DNA from: Macrostomum lignano
Lineage: Eukaryota
Length of the DNA stretch: 64,000 bases
Reading direction: 5' to 3'
Assembly: GCA_002269645.1 (NCBI GenBank)
Contig: NIVC01002660.1
Coordinates: 1-64,000 of the forward strand
The position numbers and the translations under genes are program-made. Positions 8,487 to 22,046 of this stretch are shown here, one piece after another. The number at the start of each line of letters is the position of its first letter. Position 1 is the first letter of the stretch. The notes beneath the pieces are model-generated. The model searched no databases. It was not told the DNA's origin and saw only the letters and a program-made list of their open reading frames with translations.

Positions 8487-11400
8487 CCGCAAGTCATTTG
8501 AAGCACCGTTTCTAGCGGCAAACTTGCGGGGCGACTTGCTTCAGTTCAGCCAACAAGCGGGGATCTTGAGTGAAATTTCACAAATAGTGGTTGTGTTTAT
8601 CGATGCGCAGAGCTTTGTTAATCCTGAGTGCTTTACGCTGCTACAAAAACTCGAAACAAGACTTACGCTTCTCCTTGTCTTGTACAAGACAGAAGCAACC
8701 ACAATTTCGAAGACTGAGTTTCGCACCGAGCATGAAGCTTTTCTGCAGCGCAACGGTAGTGTTTTTGCGTTCAGAAAAAAGGGCAGGAAGAGTGAAAGAG
8801 AGGTGTGCTCAGAAATAGAACTCATTCTGAACGCACAAATTTGCAAATGCGAGGGTTTTCAGATGGAAAAACTCGAAATTCGGCGCGCAAACTTGGATGA
8901 GAGCGAAAAAGTATCGCAAACAAAGCTTTTGTCTCGGAAAATAATGAAATATTTTGTCTCTGAGAAATCAGCTCAATTTAAACAGAAGCATCTGCCATTG
9001 CAAACCTTATGGCTGGAGGTCAGCAAGCTCTACAAGGTGGAGAACGCTGCAAAAACAGCTCAAACAGATCAACTCATTAGCCAAAAAATGAGAATGGAAA
9101 AGAGAAGTGCACAGCTTAAGTTTTGTGAAAGACTGAGCGAGTTCATCATCGTTTTTGTGAGATCCTTGTTAGATTTAATAAACAGCGAAGATGGTGAACT
9201 CGCAGTAAAACTTCTGCTGCAATGGATGAAACTAACGTTCGACAATAAGTCAAGGAAACTATTGCCTCAGCTGCAGAAGAAATGCAACGAGCTTCGGGAT
9301 CAAACGCAAAATAGACGAAAGCTGGATTCTGATCCTATAGTCACATTAGCCTCTGTGCAGAAAACTACTCTAGATGCTTCAGTCGGACTCGAAAATGTGT
9401 TTCGAGAAGTTGGCCAAATTTTTGAAGCCTGTAGTGGAAATCCAAACCGTGTTCCTCGAAGTCTTCTAAATTTTGTACAGCCGCTACCGAAATTGTTTGC
9501 TCAGTTGCTTCTTTGGGGAGTACCCTTGGAGATTTTGGATGGCGACGCTGGAAACATCCCGTCTGCCTGGATCTCTGCTATCCTCAAGAGCTGCCATGAG
9601 CTGGTCGGTGACAAGAAGATCTACGTGATCTCCGTGCTCGGTCTTCAGAGCTCAGGCAAGTCCACTCTGCTCAACACCATGTTCGGGCTGAAGTTCGCAG
9701 TGAGCGCAGGTCGCTGCACTCGAGGCGCATTTCTGCAGCTGGTTCCGGTGGAGTCGGGAATGCCGTTCGACTATGTCGCTGTGCTCGACACCGAGGGCCT
9801 GAGAGCTCCCGAGCTGGGTCTGGACAAGCATCACCATGACAACGAGCTGGCTACACTGGTCATCGGACTGGGCGACGTAACAATAATTAACATCAAGGGC
9901 GAAAACTCAGCCGAGATGAAGGATATCCTACAGATCGCGATTCATGCCTTTATCAGAATGAAGATGGCTAACAGGATGAGGGATTTACACAGACACTGCA
10001 TCTTCATCCACCAAAATGTTCCTGCAGTTGGAGCTAAAGAGCTGATGCAGGAGGCAGCATTCAAAATGCAGCAGACACTGGACACTATCACGAAAGAGGC
10101 AGCTGAGGGAGAAGGTTTGCGTGGTGTCTGCGGCTTCACTGACATTATTTCATTTGAAAAAGAGTCCGACATTTTTTACATGTCAGACCTTTGGCAGGGC
10201 GACCCTCCGATGGCTCCAGTGAACCCTGGATACGCACAGAAGGTGTCGGCTATCAAAGACTATTTGCTACATCTTCTTGAAGGGGAAAGAAAGCACTTTC
10301 TCAGCTTTCCCGAATTCTCCTGCCGTCTCGCCGATCTTTGGAAAGCAATCCTATCTGAGGATTTCGTCTTCAGTTTCAAGAACACCATACAGCTTAAAGC
10401 CTACAGCCAAATGGAGACAGAATTTTCCGAAGCAAAAAATCTCATGGAACAAGCTGCAGAAGAATGGCTTAACAGGGAGGCGTCAATTCAAATCAAAAAG
10501 TGCCGTGATGTTACCGAGCTTTGCAAAGTTAGGGAGCAAAATTTGAGTGAACTTCAAGGCCTCGTCAGTAAACACCTGGAAAGTAGCCGAAGCCGACTTG
10601 AGAAGTTTTTCGAGGAGGGCCAATACAGCGAGTATGCAATTGAGTGGAAGGAGCGAAAAATTATTGCTTTGCAAAACTTCTCCAAGGATCTGCAACAAGA
10701 AATGAAGAAAAAGCTTTTCATCATGACGGAGCGCCACAAAGCTGACACCGAGAGGGAGCCGAAAAAGGCAGAATTGGAGCGTCGAATACTCGCGAAAGCG
10801 AAGAATCTAGCAAAGCAGTTTCGAGATCAAAACTTAGATGTGCAGTTTTTGAAACGAGAGTTTGAAAATGAATGGAAAATCTTCATGGATGACCTGCCTG
10901 TTGAGTCAACCGACGAGACACAGAGCATCGAAACGCAAATCATTTCATTTTTGGAGGAAAGCTATGAAAAAGACATTAAGGTTTTGCGCTATTTTCTTGA
11001 AAAAAAACCAATAGGTGCTGCTGAAGCTAGAATTAATGTTTTGACGGAGTTTTTAAATGAAGAAGAGAATTCTTTTCAGTTGATTCAGGTCCAACCTTCA
11101 AGTGTTCAACGTTTCACTCAAGGAGTTAAAAATTTGTTATCTGGAGCTGAAAATCGTTTGGATGAAGCAGATGAAGCTACAAAACAGGAAGTTCAAAAGT
11201 CCTGCAACAATATTTTGACATCCATCGCTCCAATTATAGATGATATGAAGAAACAGACCACAGGGTTTCAGAGACAGTTCGTTGTAGCGATTCAGAAAGC
11301 CATTCGGCTAGGAGTCGAGGAGCAAGTAAATGGAAAACTAGACAAGCGCGGCATCAGCTCAACACCAGCCCTTGAAATCAAACTTGTGACTCACGCACTG

Positions 11401-12663
11401 AGATTCACTTATCCAATTTTCATCAAAATGGATGAAAAATTTCACGAGGGGCAAAGTCTCAAAGCCAAATTGGCGCTGTCAAAAGATCAGATGTGGAACT
11501 TGTTTCAAAACATTGTTCAGCAGCACAACCATTCTAAAATTGCAGCAGACTTTTGCCGAGATCATCTGGCCGTCGTTATCAAAGATGCTGTCAAAGCGCG
11601 AATGGAGAGAATCCTAAAAAGGCAAATAATTACCAATATCGGCACAACAAAATACCAATTAATCGTCACGGTGCTCACTGACAAGGCTCGGAATGATGAT
11701 TTCGATTCTATTATTCAGTACAGTCAGAATCCACACTCGTCAGCTCTTAAATGGGTAACGGATTTCGCAGAAAAGAGGCTATTTCACAAGAAGCGAACAG
11801 ACAAAGATTCATTATTCTGTCATCTTATTCTATCCGAACTGGTGGATCCAATCTTAGAATCAATTAAAACTGCCGCAGAACTTTCAGCCAGCAGTTCAAA
11901 GAATCTTTCATCGTGGATCGATGGATTTTGCAAGGCCGCAGGAAATGAGCTTGCAGTTCTGCCTCGAAACCTGCAAAACATGTTGCAGTTCAAATCGGCC
12001 ACCACTGGCGATATGAAAAGTTATTTGCTTGACGGTTTATTTAAGCTGAGATCGGATCTGCATTTGCACTACAATGCTGTCACTGAGAATTCTGTAGAGT
12101 GGCATGGAGAGAAAACTCTCTATGCAGACGTGATTCAGACTCTGTGGGGCTGCAAAGAGCAGTGCCCCTTCTGTAGAGAGCCGTGTCAGAAAGCTGACCC
12201 GAATCACTGCGAAACCGATGGAAGCCCTCATTGCTGCATTCAGCATCGACCTAAGGCTGTTTGTGGGACGTATAAAATCAGTAACGATGAATTAAGCTTT
12301 AAAATATGTGAAAATTCTGTTAAAGGTGGATCTAAATTCACTTGTAATGTGTGCAAACGAGAAGGGAAGACATCTGAATCATGTTCTTCCGACACAAGTC
12401 GCGCCGCACGTCGAGAAGTTCGGCATCCGTACAAGGAATACAAGAAGCAATTTCCAGATTGGGAGATCGTACCGGACGCAGCCAATGACTCGGCAAAATT
12501 CTGGATGTGGTTCTGCTGGACATATCAGCGGCAGCTACAGGAGAAGTGGCAGAAAGGACTCGGCCAGATCCCGCCCGCTTGGCAGGACGTCTCAAAGGAA
12601 GACGCCATCAACAGTCTTCGAAAGTCTTCTGTAAGGTTATCGCAGTTTTTAAAACTACTGTAA
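8487..12663 (+). CDS. GVIN1: Very large inducible GTPase (VLIG/GVIN1/URGCP-like); one long exon, 5' part missing
   Basis: G1 GLQSSGKS, G2 RCTRG, G3 DTEG, AANLRGD motif and Cys/His-rich C-terminus (GCKEQCPFCREPC...HRP...HPYKEYK...PDWEI). There is no upstream in-frame ATG. A branch-like ctactaat (8461) and acceptor ttccag (8481-8486) precede it. Confidence 0.9.
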
Positions 12664-15082
12664 AGTGTTAGCTACGAGTACAATGTTCTTTATGAAGGGA
12701 TACGAGCTATGAAATTTCACTAAGTTTTATTCAATGGAATCAGAATGCCTTCACATCAACATGACTTTTTGACAGATTATCCAGGTTTTGAACTGCTTAG
12801 CTGCCAGAAAAGATCTAAAATTTAGTTTAAGTATGAAATTTTAATTTTAATACTAATAATTGAATCTACCAGCTAGAAGACGTTTTCTTCAAATTGAATG
12901 TGCCTAAAAATTAATGGACGTGGAATTCTTACAGACTATCGGTCTGATCTTTGTTTCAAAGACTGTTGATAATTTGTGTTTGAGCTGGGCTCGGTGGTGT
13001 TCAGGTCTCTAAAACAGTTTTAAATAGCTACTAAAACCTAAAACGAAATAAAAAATTGTCGCTTTTTGTCTTACATGTACATCCGGTCGAACTATATTTT
13101 TATTAGCTATCTTGTTACGAGCTATTTTTCACTCTTAGTTAAAAAATCGGACATTGAATTACGAGTAACAATACCCAAAGTATAGCTAGCTAGTATTGGT
13201 TTAATGAAGTAAATGTACGACAAACATTTAAAATAGAGAAAAATTTGACCTTCAAATAAAATTATTTTCCATTTTCAACTCGTAGTTTTTAGCTTTTACA
13301 AGTTCATCCATGCAACCCCTTATAATGTACGATGTCCCAATCGATACTTACGAATGAACTACGTAGTTTATGTTGTAGCTAATTTTTGTCTTGCCGTGAT
13401 TTATGTGTTCATTAAAAAGTTTAATTGAGAATATTTTAATTATTGTAGTAGTCTTCAAGTCTGTCAGTATAGCACTACAGTAGATTTTATTTTTTAATTA
13501 GAATAGCTACATGTAAATCGCTCTATTCATCCACCAGCTTCCGCAAGTTACTTAAAAATACTAAAATATTTTCGTTACAGAAATCTTACATGCAATTAAA
13601 AGGGACGTGGTGGGATACCTAATTTGGAGACACGGGAAAAGTTGGAGACATGGAAAAAATCGTCTTAAAACCGGGAAATTCAGACTTAATGATTTCGAAA
13701 TTCATTTCTTAAGTTTTAAAAGTATTTGAAAACGATCGAAGGAAGTTCGGGCTTTTTAGCACCAACCTATAGACAAAAGACTTCAAGGATTTAGACAAAC
13801 TCTTACTAAAGAAATAAAGAAACTACAGTGCAAATAGCCCACTCTGACTTTTATTTAAAAAATCTATGGAAACCAGCGATGTAGCAAATAATACCCGAGC
13901 ACGAAAGATAAAAACAAACCCAAATTTAATTTTTTTTAGTTAAACTTGTTAATTTTTTCTTCTTTACATTCCTTTTTGGTGGAGAAGAGCGAGCTTTACA
14001 TGTATTTTTTGGACTAGCTACCACAGATACATGATCTCTCGAAAATTTTCCTGGAAATAAAGTGTGTTTAAATTGAGCCTCATTTTTAGCTTGTAAGCTA
14101 TTTTGTTTGTTTTTGCTTATTCCAGATTCCACTCCTTAACCAATTAAATATAGCTACTTTGTAACAATAGCTAACGGCGCCCAACCTATATATCTTACCT
14201 TGAGTCTAGTTATAATTTGTTATAAATAGCTAGCTACCTGTTTTTTTACATATTTACGCAAGGCTTTTTTATAAAAGCTGCTTTGTTCTGCTTTTAATCC
14301 TTTTAAAACGTTTTTTATCTAAATTAAAATCTTCAAACGAGCCATGTCTACCTATCGTCGGTAGCTAATAAAAATTTACGATATACCAATTCATGTTGAA
14401 GTTTTAAATACATACATGTACTTCGAAGTACTTTATTTAATCATTTCAATTATTTATCTATAGTAATAAGTGCCTACTGAATAGAAACCAAGAAAAGTGG
14501 TTTGAATGTTCGTTTTTTCTAAAAATCAGAGGGTTCAGAATCAGAATCAAAATCAGAATCAATCAAAATCAGAGGGTTTGGAGTAGAGACGCAAATTAAA
14601 GTGCTCCAATAAGCAGGACGCGGTCCTAACTTGCGAAGCTGCTTAAAAAGTGAATCATATATTCTAATTATTGCGCAAATATTGTCACCAATTAGCATTT
14701 GATTCACTGGTAGCATTTTGTCTTTTAATTTTGCTCCTATTTTGCGGTATCAATAAAGTTTAATTTCTTATACATTTTTTAAGTTTACCGATCAACAGAT
14801 GCGTCATTTTAGTTAGAGGCTGGGGGCTGTGTACATCCTGTTGCACTTTAAGCGACATTGTCACACAACCTGCGAGAGGCATTAGCTAGCTACTACCCAT
14901 TCCGCCAACTATGGCCTGAGCAGGCACACAAGCCGGCCGCGGATACATACGCAGTCTCCTTACCACGGACCACTAGAATTCTAGTGGTCCTTGCTACTTA
15001 CAGGCCCACACTCACACAGGTGTACGAGCCCTTACCATTGATTAAATTCACGTCTCTTTTAAAGCCATGTTGCACCTGCGAA

Positions 15083-15275
15083 GGGGCTGTAGCCCAGTGG
15101 TCCAGCCCGGCTCTCTTATGGGCCAGCGAACCAGGCTCGATTCCAAGTGCAGACTTAGTCACTTCAAGTCACAGTAATTTGGGGCTCTACAAGTTATTTG
15201 GAATCTCGGCTCGGGTCCGCTCGTGCGATTAACGCCCTTGAGGGCCAACCTCCAAGCTACAGTGAAGTGTAAATG
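15083..15275 (+). mobile_element. tRNA-derived SINE-like copy
   Basis: A-box-like TAGCCCAGTGG and B-box-like GGCTCGATTCC, then taatttggggct and agggccaacctccaagctacag shared with the 18945-19140 copy. Confidence 0.55.
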
Positions 15276-15917
15276 CCTAAAATCTGGAATATCCGTTGGT
15301 CTAGTTCTGTGATAAAAGCATTGAAAATTAAAATATCCTTTGGCTGGGGTCACAGGTGCGTCGATAAAGATGGAAGGAGATGCCCTCCCACGTTAAAGTT
15401 ATCCGGGCATGCTCGTATATCAGCTATATTTGCTTGTGCCACTTGTAAAAACTTCCAAAAAGCATAATCGACGTCTAAAGAAACAAAATTCTACATACAA
15501 ATATTGAACCAAGAATTCCTTACGGTAAATTAAACTTAGGCAAGCTGCATTAGAAATTTTAATTACTCTATGAAACATTGTAACAATTACAATTAGGTTC
15601 AGATTTTGTCAGTGATCAGATTCACAGACAACTGAACTACATGTAAAAGAACGCTGCACTTCACTTTCTTAGAAATGATCTGGAGGCCGGTAAGGAACTC
15701 ATGCTCATAACCGTAGAATTGCTACTGCCTTTAGTGTGATATAGAGAAATCGATATTTCGCAACCGAATTTGCTATGGCGTGACCTCATTGCGTTCTTAA
15801 GAGCATACTACAAATGAACTAGCGATACAAAAAAATACACGTTCCGTATCGGCTTCATTTCTAAGAAAGTCGACTGTAGCGTCCTACTGCTTCAGTTGTC
15901 CATGATCGGATTATGCA

Positions 15918-16463
15918 TCACTTCTTGCCACCGCGCCACCGCCTGCCAGTTCCCGGCGGCCAGTTCATGGTCTGCCCGGCAAACACGTGCATGTGCAAAT
16001 GTGGCACAGCCTGGAGTGCATCATCTCCATTATTCAGCACCATCCGGTATCCGTGCTCAACACCTCTCTGCTTAGCAACTCGCCTAGCAACCATGAACAG
16101 GTGGCCCAACAATTGTTCGTCGCAATCCTGAGCCTCTTCAAGCGTGGCGAGCTGCTTCTTCGGCACCACCAGAAACTGGATCGGCACCACCTGGTTGAGT
16201 CCCAGGAAAGCGATGGCCTGCTCGTCCTCGTACAGGATGGTGGCCGGCGCCTTGCGCTGGATGATTCGCGTAAAAATCGACGGTCGCCTGCTCGCCAGCT
16301 CGTTTGATAAGGCGCAACGATCGCCGCGTCGGTCGGTGTAGCGAGATGACGAGGCGCTGATGAAGGAGGCTGCAAGGCCGAGTAGAAGCAGCAGGCAGAG
16401 TCCCGCAGACAAACAGACGCTGTGCCGGTGTAGCACTCGGTAGTATATGTACGAGAACTGCAT
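15918..16463 (-). CDS. HINT: Histidine triad nucleotide-binding (HINT1/2-like) protein with hydrophobic N-terminal leader
   Basis: SIFTRII...ILYED...FLVVPKK...LLGHL...GYRMVLN...HLHMHV...WPPG. Intronless. Confidence 0.9.
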   Translation of the reverse strand: MQFSYIYYRVLHRHSVCLSAGLCLLLLLGLAASFISASSSRYTDRRGDRCALSNELASRRPSIFTRIIQRKAPATILYEDEQAIAFLGLNQVVPIQFLVVPKKQLATLEEAQDCDEQLLGHLFMVARRVAKQRGVEHGYRMVLNNGDDALQAVPHLHMHVFAGQTMNWPPGTGRRWRGGKK

Positions 16464-16959
16464 TCTGTTTATTCTTAAACTCTCCGGCTGAGGCAGCTTT
16501 GACTTGAGCTCGGTAGCAATTCTTACCGAATAAAGGCGTAGATATATTAAGCTATGGAGACATTATGAAGCACAGTGAGCAATCGATTTTGTTTGAGCTT
16601 GCCTGCACCAACTCTGCAGAGCTCAGTTGCACCGCTGTATAAGCAGCTGTTTGCCGTGTGCCCAGCGTGAGCACTTTGTGAGCCACGTCAAGTCTAGCTG
16701 CTGCCTATATGCTCGTATTGAGTTGCAATGCTCTGTGCATTTGCCAACAGTACGCTTGGCTTTCTATTTTTAGTTTTCAGTCTCGTAATTCATTCTGAGT
16801 AGTTGCTAATACTCTAGGGTCTATGGAGCATATACAATACGAGTAATATACTCGGTCAGTTTATACTCAGCAACAGTAAAACGTTCCACCTTCCAAGCGA
16901 GATGAATTTTTCTCTCTTTTTTTCTCTTGCAAGTGACGCAGCTTACGACACGCGCGAAG

Positions 16960-17430
16960 CTTATTGCCACTTGGGGGTTGTCCAGGAAGACAGCGCGCCG
17001 CCACACCAAGCCGATGCTGTTAGTCAACTGAAAGAACAGCTACAGCTGCGCACTCTGGGCTGGCCTTCTCGGTCCCCAGACATGAATCCCATCTAGCATG
17101 TCTGGGACTTCCTAAAACGCAGTATTCATTCGAAAAGAGAATCCACCACAGATTGTTGCGAAGCTGCGTCATGCCATTGAAAACGCTTGGCAGCAGCTTC
17201 CCCTGGATTTGTTGCGCCGCGTCATCCAGGATGCCACGCAGAGTCTCCACACTTCCGCGTGCGAGGGGTTCCTACATGTTTATTAGGCATCGCGATTCTA
17301 ACGGCATATTGCATAAAAATAAATGTCATGATTTTGTGCGACTGGCGTTTATTATTGATTCAATCAACTTTCCTTTCCTCGCGGCGGCCTAGTTGCGTAA
17401 CTTGAGGGTGGAATTGTTAGTGAGAAGTTG
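16960..17430 (+). mobile_element. Tc1/mariner transposase 3' remnant (nonsense codon plus frameshift)
   Basis: QEDSAPPH...WPSRSPDMNPI*HVWDFLKR, then shifted LRHAIENAWQQLPLDLLRRVI. The right end is approximate. Confidence 0.8.
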
Positions 17431-17769
17431 TCGCAATAATGCATCGGTTTGCGCGAGCCCGCGAGGACTAACCGCCTTTAGTGCAAGGGGGCTGTTTGGG
17501 TGTTGGCTGTCTGGTGGGGTGGTGGGTGCGTTGTACACGCCGTGTGCCTATTTGGGCCGCCACCTTTGTGGCTACTGGGGTTTGCTCGCGTTAGGAATTT
17601 TTTTCTCGCTAATCTATATATTTTTAAATCCTGTCTAATCAATTTGTTTCGACAATACACGAAAGAAATACTATCGACTGAATTGGGGTGCATCCCTAGC
17701 TTTTTGTTGCCTCGCCGTCGCCACACTCGGTTTGTCTTTGCCTCGCCTTCACTAAGTGAGAAAATTTTC

Positions 17770-18900
17770 ATCTCGATGGCACTAAGAATGAAGCTGCTTT
17801 TATCCAGCCACCGCTACCAAGACGAAAAGCAGGAGCTGGCCAGGATCTACGGAGAAAAGGAAAACACTTTTTGCCCCATGTCCACGTTCGAGAGCCGGAA
17901 GTGGCGCCAAGGAGAGGCGCTGAGGGAACTGTGTTAAGCGCTTATGCTTCTCTATAGAAAGGCACGCTCTGAGCACGACGAGACACTGAAAGGTGACTGT
18001 CGTGCTATCTGTGTGCAGCCGCTGTTCAGGCAAAGGACACCCCAGCTGAGCTTTGACCGACACCGGCTTCGGAAAACTTCTGAGGACTGGTGAGTGCGGG
18101 CCATCACCAGCCCTGTCTAGCAAGACCCAAACTGTCTCGATCTATCTGCCATCTTTCTGCCAGCATCGCTGACCGGTTCTGATGGTGGCTGTTCGACACG
18201 GCTTACAGGTAACGCTGGTATCAGGTGCACTGCTATGACTTCTGGGAGTCGCCAATCAGCTTCATCCACCGCTCAGCACACCAGTCGAAATCTATGATCG
18301 ACGTTTGGAGTCTCCAGCGAGCGCAACGCTGCCGCCCATGGAGCACCAGGTGACGCTGGTTTCTGGCATTCAGCCAGAATGCATGCTCAGCATGGATACT
18401 ATCGGAAAAGTGTGGTCAACTTTTTTAGTGTCAATTTCTAGCCGTCTTCTAGTCTTTTATTCAACTAGGGTCAACCAGGGTTGCAATCCTGCGGGATAGG
18501 AGCTCCACGTAGGTCTGCAGAGTAGTGCCCACCGTTGTGATCGCCCGAGTTGCCAGCACAGTGTCCATCCCAGCCCGCAGCCGCGTCATCATCCCAGTCA
18601 AGGGGCCATCGTATGTCGAGCAGAGTCTGTTCGAGCCCAACTCAGATTTCATCGACAACACTGGTCTGCTGCCACAACAGGGCTCTGGTGGACTCCAGCG
18701 CGGACGAAAACCTCTCAGTGGCAGTCTGCACCAAGGATCACTAGAAGTTACCTCTTCTTCTAGACTTCCAGTCTAGTGATCCTTGCGTCTAAAACCTGAG
18801 TACAGATCAAGTTTTGTTCTACCAGAACCAGGCGATCCGCAACTTTGACGTTGCCATAATAAATGAACCGAGCGGTGAATCTGCCGACGACGAGGCTAAG
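17770..18900 (+). mobile_element. Probable decayed LTR-retrotransposon gag/protease-region fragment
   Basis: Truncated zinc-knuckle CSRCSGKGH at 18014, and VARVASTVSIPARSRVIIPV...LFEP resembling post-protease regions of Gypsy elements. Many stops. Confidence 0.35.
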
Positions 18901-18944
18901 CCTCAACATGAACCCAGAGCTGAGCAAATAGCCACCCGAGCGCT

Positions 18945-19140
18945 AGGGTGTACAGCGGCCCTGACTTTCGAATCATGACATGTACACTCTCTGTACTTTG
19001 GGGGCTGACCCTTATGAATTCGAATCGGACGACAAGCCCACGGCCATTTTCGTGCTCACAAGCCCCAAATTAATGCGGCCACGCACGGGATCCAACCGGA
19101 GGTCGTGACGCGAGAGTCAGACGCGCCCCTTTACTACATA
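18945..19140 (-). mobile_element. tRNA-derived SINE-like copy
   Basis: Minus-strand B-box-like GGTTGGATCCC. The body cagcccccaa..cagagagtg..gaaagtcagggccgctgtac recurs at 49190-49256. Confidence 0.6.
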
Positions 19141-19735
19141 TGAAAAAGATAGAAATAATATTGTACTGGCTCTATATTCTTGTAGATCGAGCAATACTGC
19201 CAATCAATTCGTCGATACATAATTCCCGGCATAACTTCAGCATAATTTGTACCGAAAACAAGGATGCTATAAATTTACAGATCAAGGACATACATGTATT
19301 ATCACAATAGCCGCTTGGACATTATATGCTAATGAAATTTCTACGTGTGTAAATTAATTTACAAGAAAAAATGTGTGCTCTAACATCCAGTGGCTGGACT
19401 TCAAAAGGGGTTCGTACGCTTGAGTCAACCTATTAGCTACCATAGACTTGCGGCAAAAGTTAAAGACAGCCAACCTGCTTGCATAACCTCCTACAGCGCT
19501 CTTGGCCACAGACAGAAGGCCTGCAAGTTTAAGTGCATCAATTTGTCCTAATACTGGTAGAATTAACATAGGAATTCTCAAGGTACAGTCAGTAAAAATA
19601 ATAAAGAGCTGCTAATTCTGCTGACAACTTTCGCACTTGGCTCAGTGAACCCAGAGGATTTCGCATCGGTCTAAATAATTCAACAAGAGCGCCCCAGATT
19701 GCTGCACGGTATAAAATTCAAATTTACCGAATAAA

Positions 19736-21231
19736 ATGCGCGAAATTGTTCACATCCAAGCTGGGCAGTGCGGCAATCAAATCGGTGCCAAGGTAAGCCT
19801 TTTGTTGTGTATAAATATTCTATTTTTAGTGAATGTAGCCAATACAGCCAGATTTTCATCTGTTCCGACAGTTCTGGGAGGTGATCTCAGACGAGCACGG
19901 TATTGACCCAACCGGCACCTACCACGGAGACTCGGACCTGCAGCTGGAGCGAATCTCGGTCTACTACACCGAGGCAACGGGCGGCAAGTACGTGCCTCGG
20001 GCGGTTCTAGTCGACTTGGAGCCCGGCACCATGGAGAGCGTTCGTTCCAGCGCCTTTGGCATGCTGTTCCAGCCCGACAACTTCGTGTTTGGCAAGAGCG
20101 GCGCCGGCAACAACTGGGCCAAGGGTTACTACACCGAGGGCGCCGAGATCATCGAGAAGGTGATGGACGCGGTCAGGAAGGAATGCGAAGGCTGCGACTG
20201 TCTGCAGGGATTTCAGCTCGCCCACTCGCTAGGCGGCGGCACCGGCTCCGGGCTCGGGTCCCTGCTGCTGAGCAAGATCCGGGAGGAGTACCCCGACCGA
20301 ATCATGGCCTCGTTTTCTGTGGTTCCGTCGCCAAAGGTTCGTTGAGCTTTGCGTCTCATTCTTTTTAACTTTATTGCTCAGTCGATTGATAAGTTATTCG
20401 ACAATGCCTAAATTTCAGGTGTCAGACACCGTGGTGGAGCCCTACAACTGCATGCTGGCAATGCACCAGCTGGTTGAAAACACTGACGAGACCTTTTGTA
20501 TTGACAATGAGGCTTTGTACTACATCAGCTTTCACACGTTAAAACTGGCCACGCCAAGCTACAGCGACCTAAACCATCTAGTTAGCGCTGCAATGTCCGG
20601 CGTGACCACCTGTCTGCGATTCCCCGGCCAGTTGAACGCTGACCTCAGAAAGCTGGCCGTCAACATGGTGCCGTTCCCCCGCCTGCACTTCTTTATGCCC
20701 GGCTTCGCCCCGCTGACCGCTCGCGGCAGCAGCTCCTACCGACAGGTGAACGTCTCCGAGCTCACCTTGCAAATGTTCGACGCCAAGAACATGATGGCCG
20801 CCTGCGACCCCAAGCACGGACGCTACCTCACAGTGGCAGCCATCTTCCGCGGCCGAATGTCCACCAAAGAGGTGGAGGAACAGATGCTCAACCTGCAGAA
20901 CAAGAACAGCTCGTATTTTGTAGAGTGGATTCCCAATAACATCAAGACTGCCGTTTGCGACATCCCACCGCGTGGTTTGAAAATGTCGGTGACATTCATC
21001 GGCAACTCGACCTCGATCCAGGAGCTGTTCAAGAGAGTCTCTGAGCAGTTCAGCTCAATGTTCAAACGAAAGGCCTTCTTGCACTGGTACACTAACGAAG
21101 GCATGGACGATCACGAGTTCATGGAGGCCGAGTCCAACGTTAACGACCTGGTCTCCGAGCTGCAGCAGTACCAGGACGCCACGGCTGACGACGAGGGCGA
21201 ATACGAAGAGGAGGAGGAAGAGCTGGAGTAG
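19736..21231 (+). CDS. TUBB: Beta-tubulin, 3 exons (19736-19792, 19872-20336, 20419-21231), 444 aa
   Basis: [17 protein letters not shown] start, GGGTGSG motif and acidic tail. GT-AG introns of 79 and 82 nt. Exon sum is 1335 nt, in frame. Confidence 0.97.
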
Positions 21232-22046
21232 CGGGCCTTACTAAGTACTTCAAAATAGCATTTCATAAACATAAGCTTTTAATTACTTGATTCGCGTGCC
21301 AAATTCTCTATCAATTTCGCTGTCCCGATCGGCTACTATATGGGACCAAACAATCAGCACTTGAGCGCTTTTATTTTAGTCAATAATTGACGCCACACAA
21401 GAAAGCTTAAACTAGAAATATACATTATACAGGGCAGTAGGAAATGTTCCCACTGAAAGGTAGAGAGTGAGAGCATTTTAACAAGATTTTGCGTATACCA
21501 GCAGGTCTTTTATAAAAGCAAAGCACTTTTAACTAATACGAGTTCTTCTTAACTTCCTTTTTAACTGCCATAGGATTTCTCGTAAGCAGAAAAAAGTTCA
21601 AGTGTTCAATCTTGGCCAATAGTTTAAAAAAGCATTGGTAAAAGATTTAAGAGTCCGCGCAATAAATTATAGTATGATATCATAAATTGTATTGAAGATT
21701 GCTCATAAAAAATGAATAGGAAGGACCATTTTGGCCTCAGATTTCAAACGATATGGATGTTAGACAACTAAGGACTGTAATTTAAATAAATGTTTTTGCG
21801 ATAATAAATAGTGCATTAAAAACACATGTTGATGTCTATTTGATGCAGCTCACTTGCAGCTCTTAGAAAGCTTATGTTTTGTTTACATGAGCAGTTTTTA
21901 ACGATTAGTAACAAACAGGATTAAAATTTAGGTGCCAGTTTAGCAACGTAGAAAATAGAATAGATTGTCACACAAAACCCAATCCCATTCTTTCGGCAAG
22001 ATAGAGTTTGAGTTCCCGAACAGTAATTGTGCTCAATGTTCGTCGG

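Noticed and set aside
15083-15153. Functional tRNA gene (also 19080-19140)
   Set aside because: Only A/B-box-like remnants with no convincing cloverleaf, and they continue into a shared SINE body.
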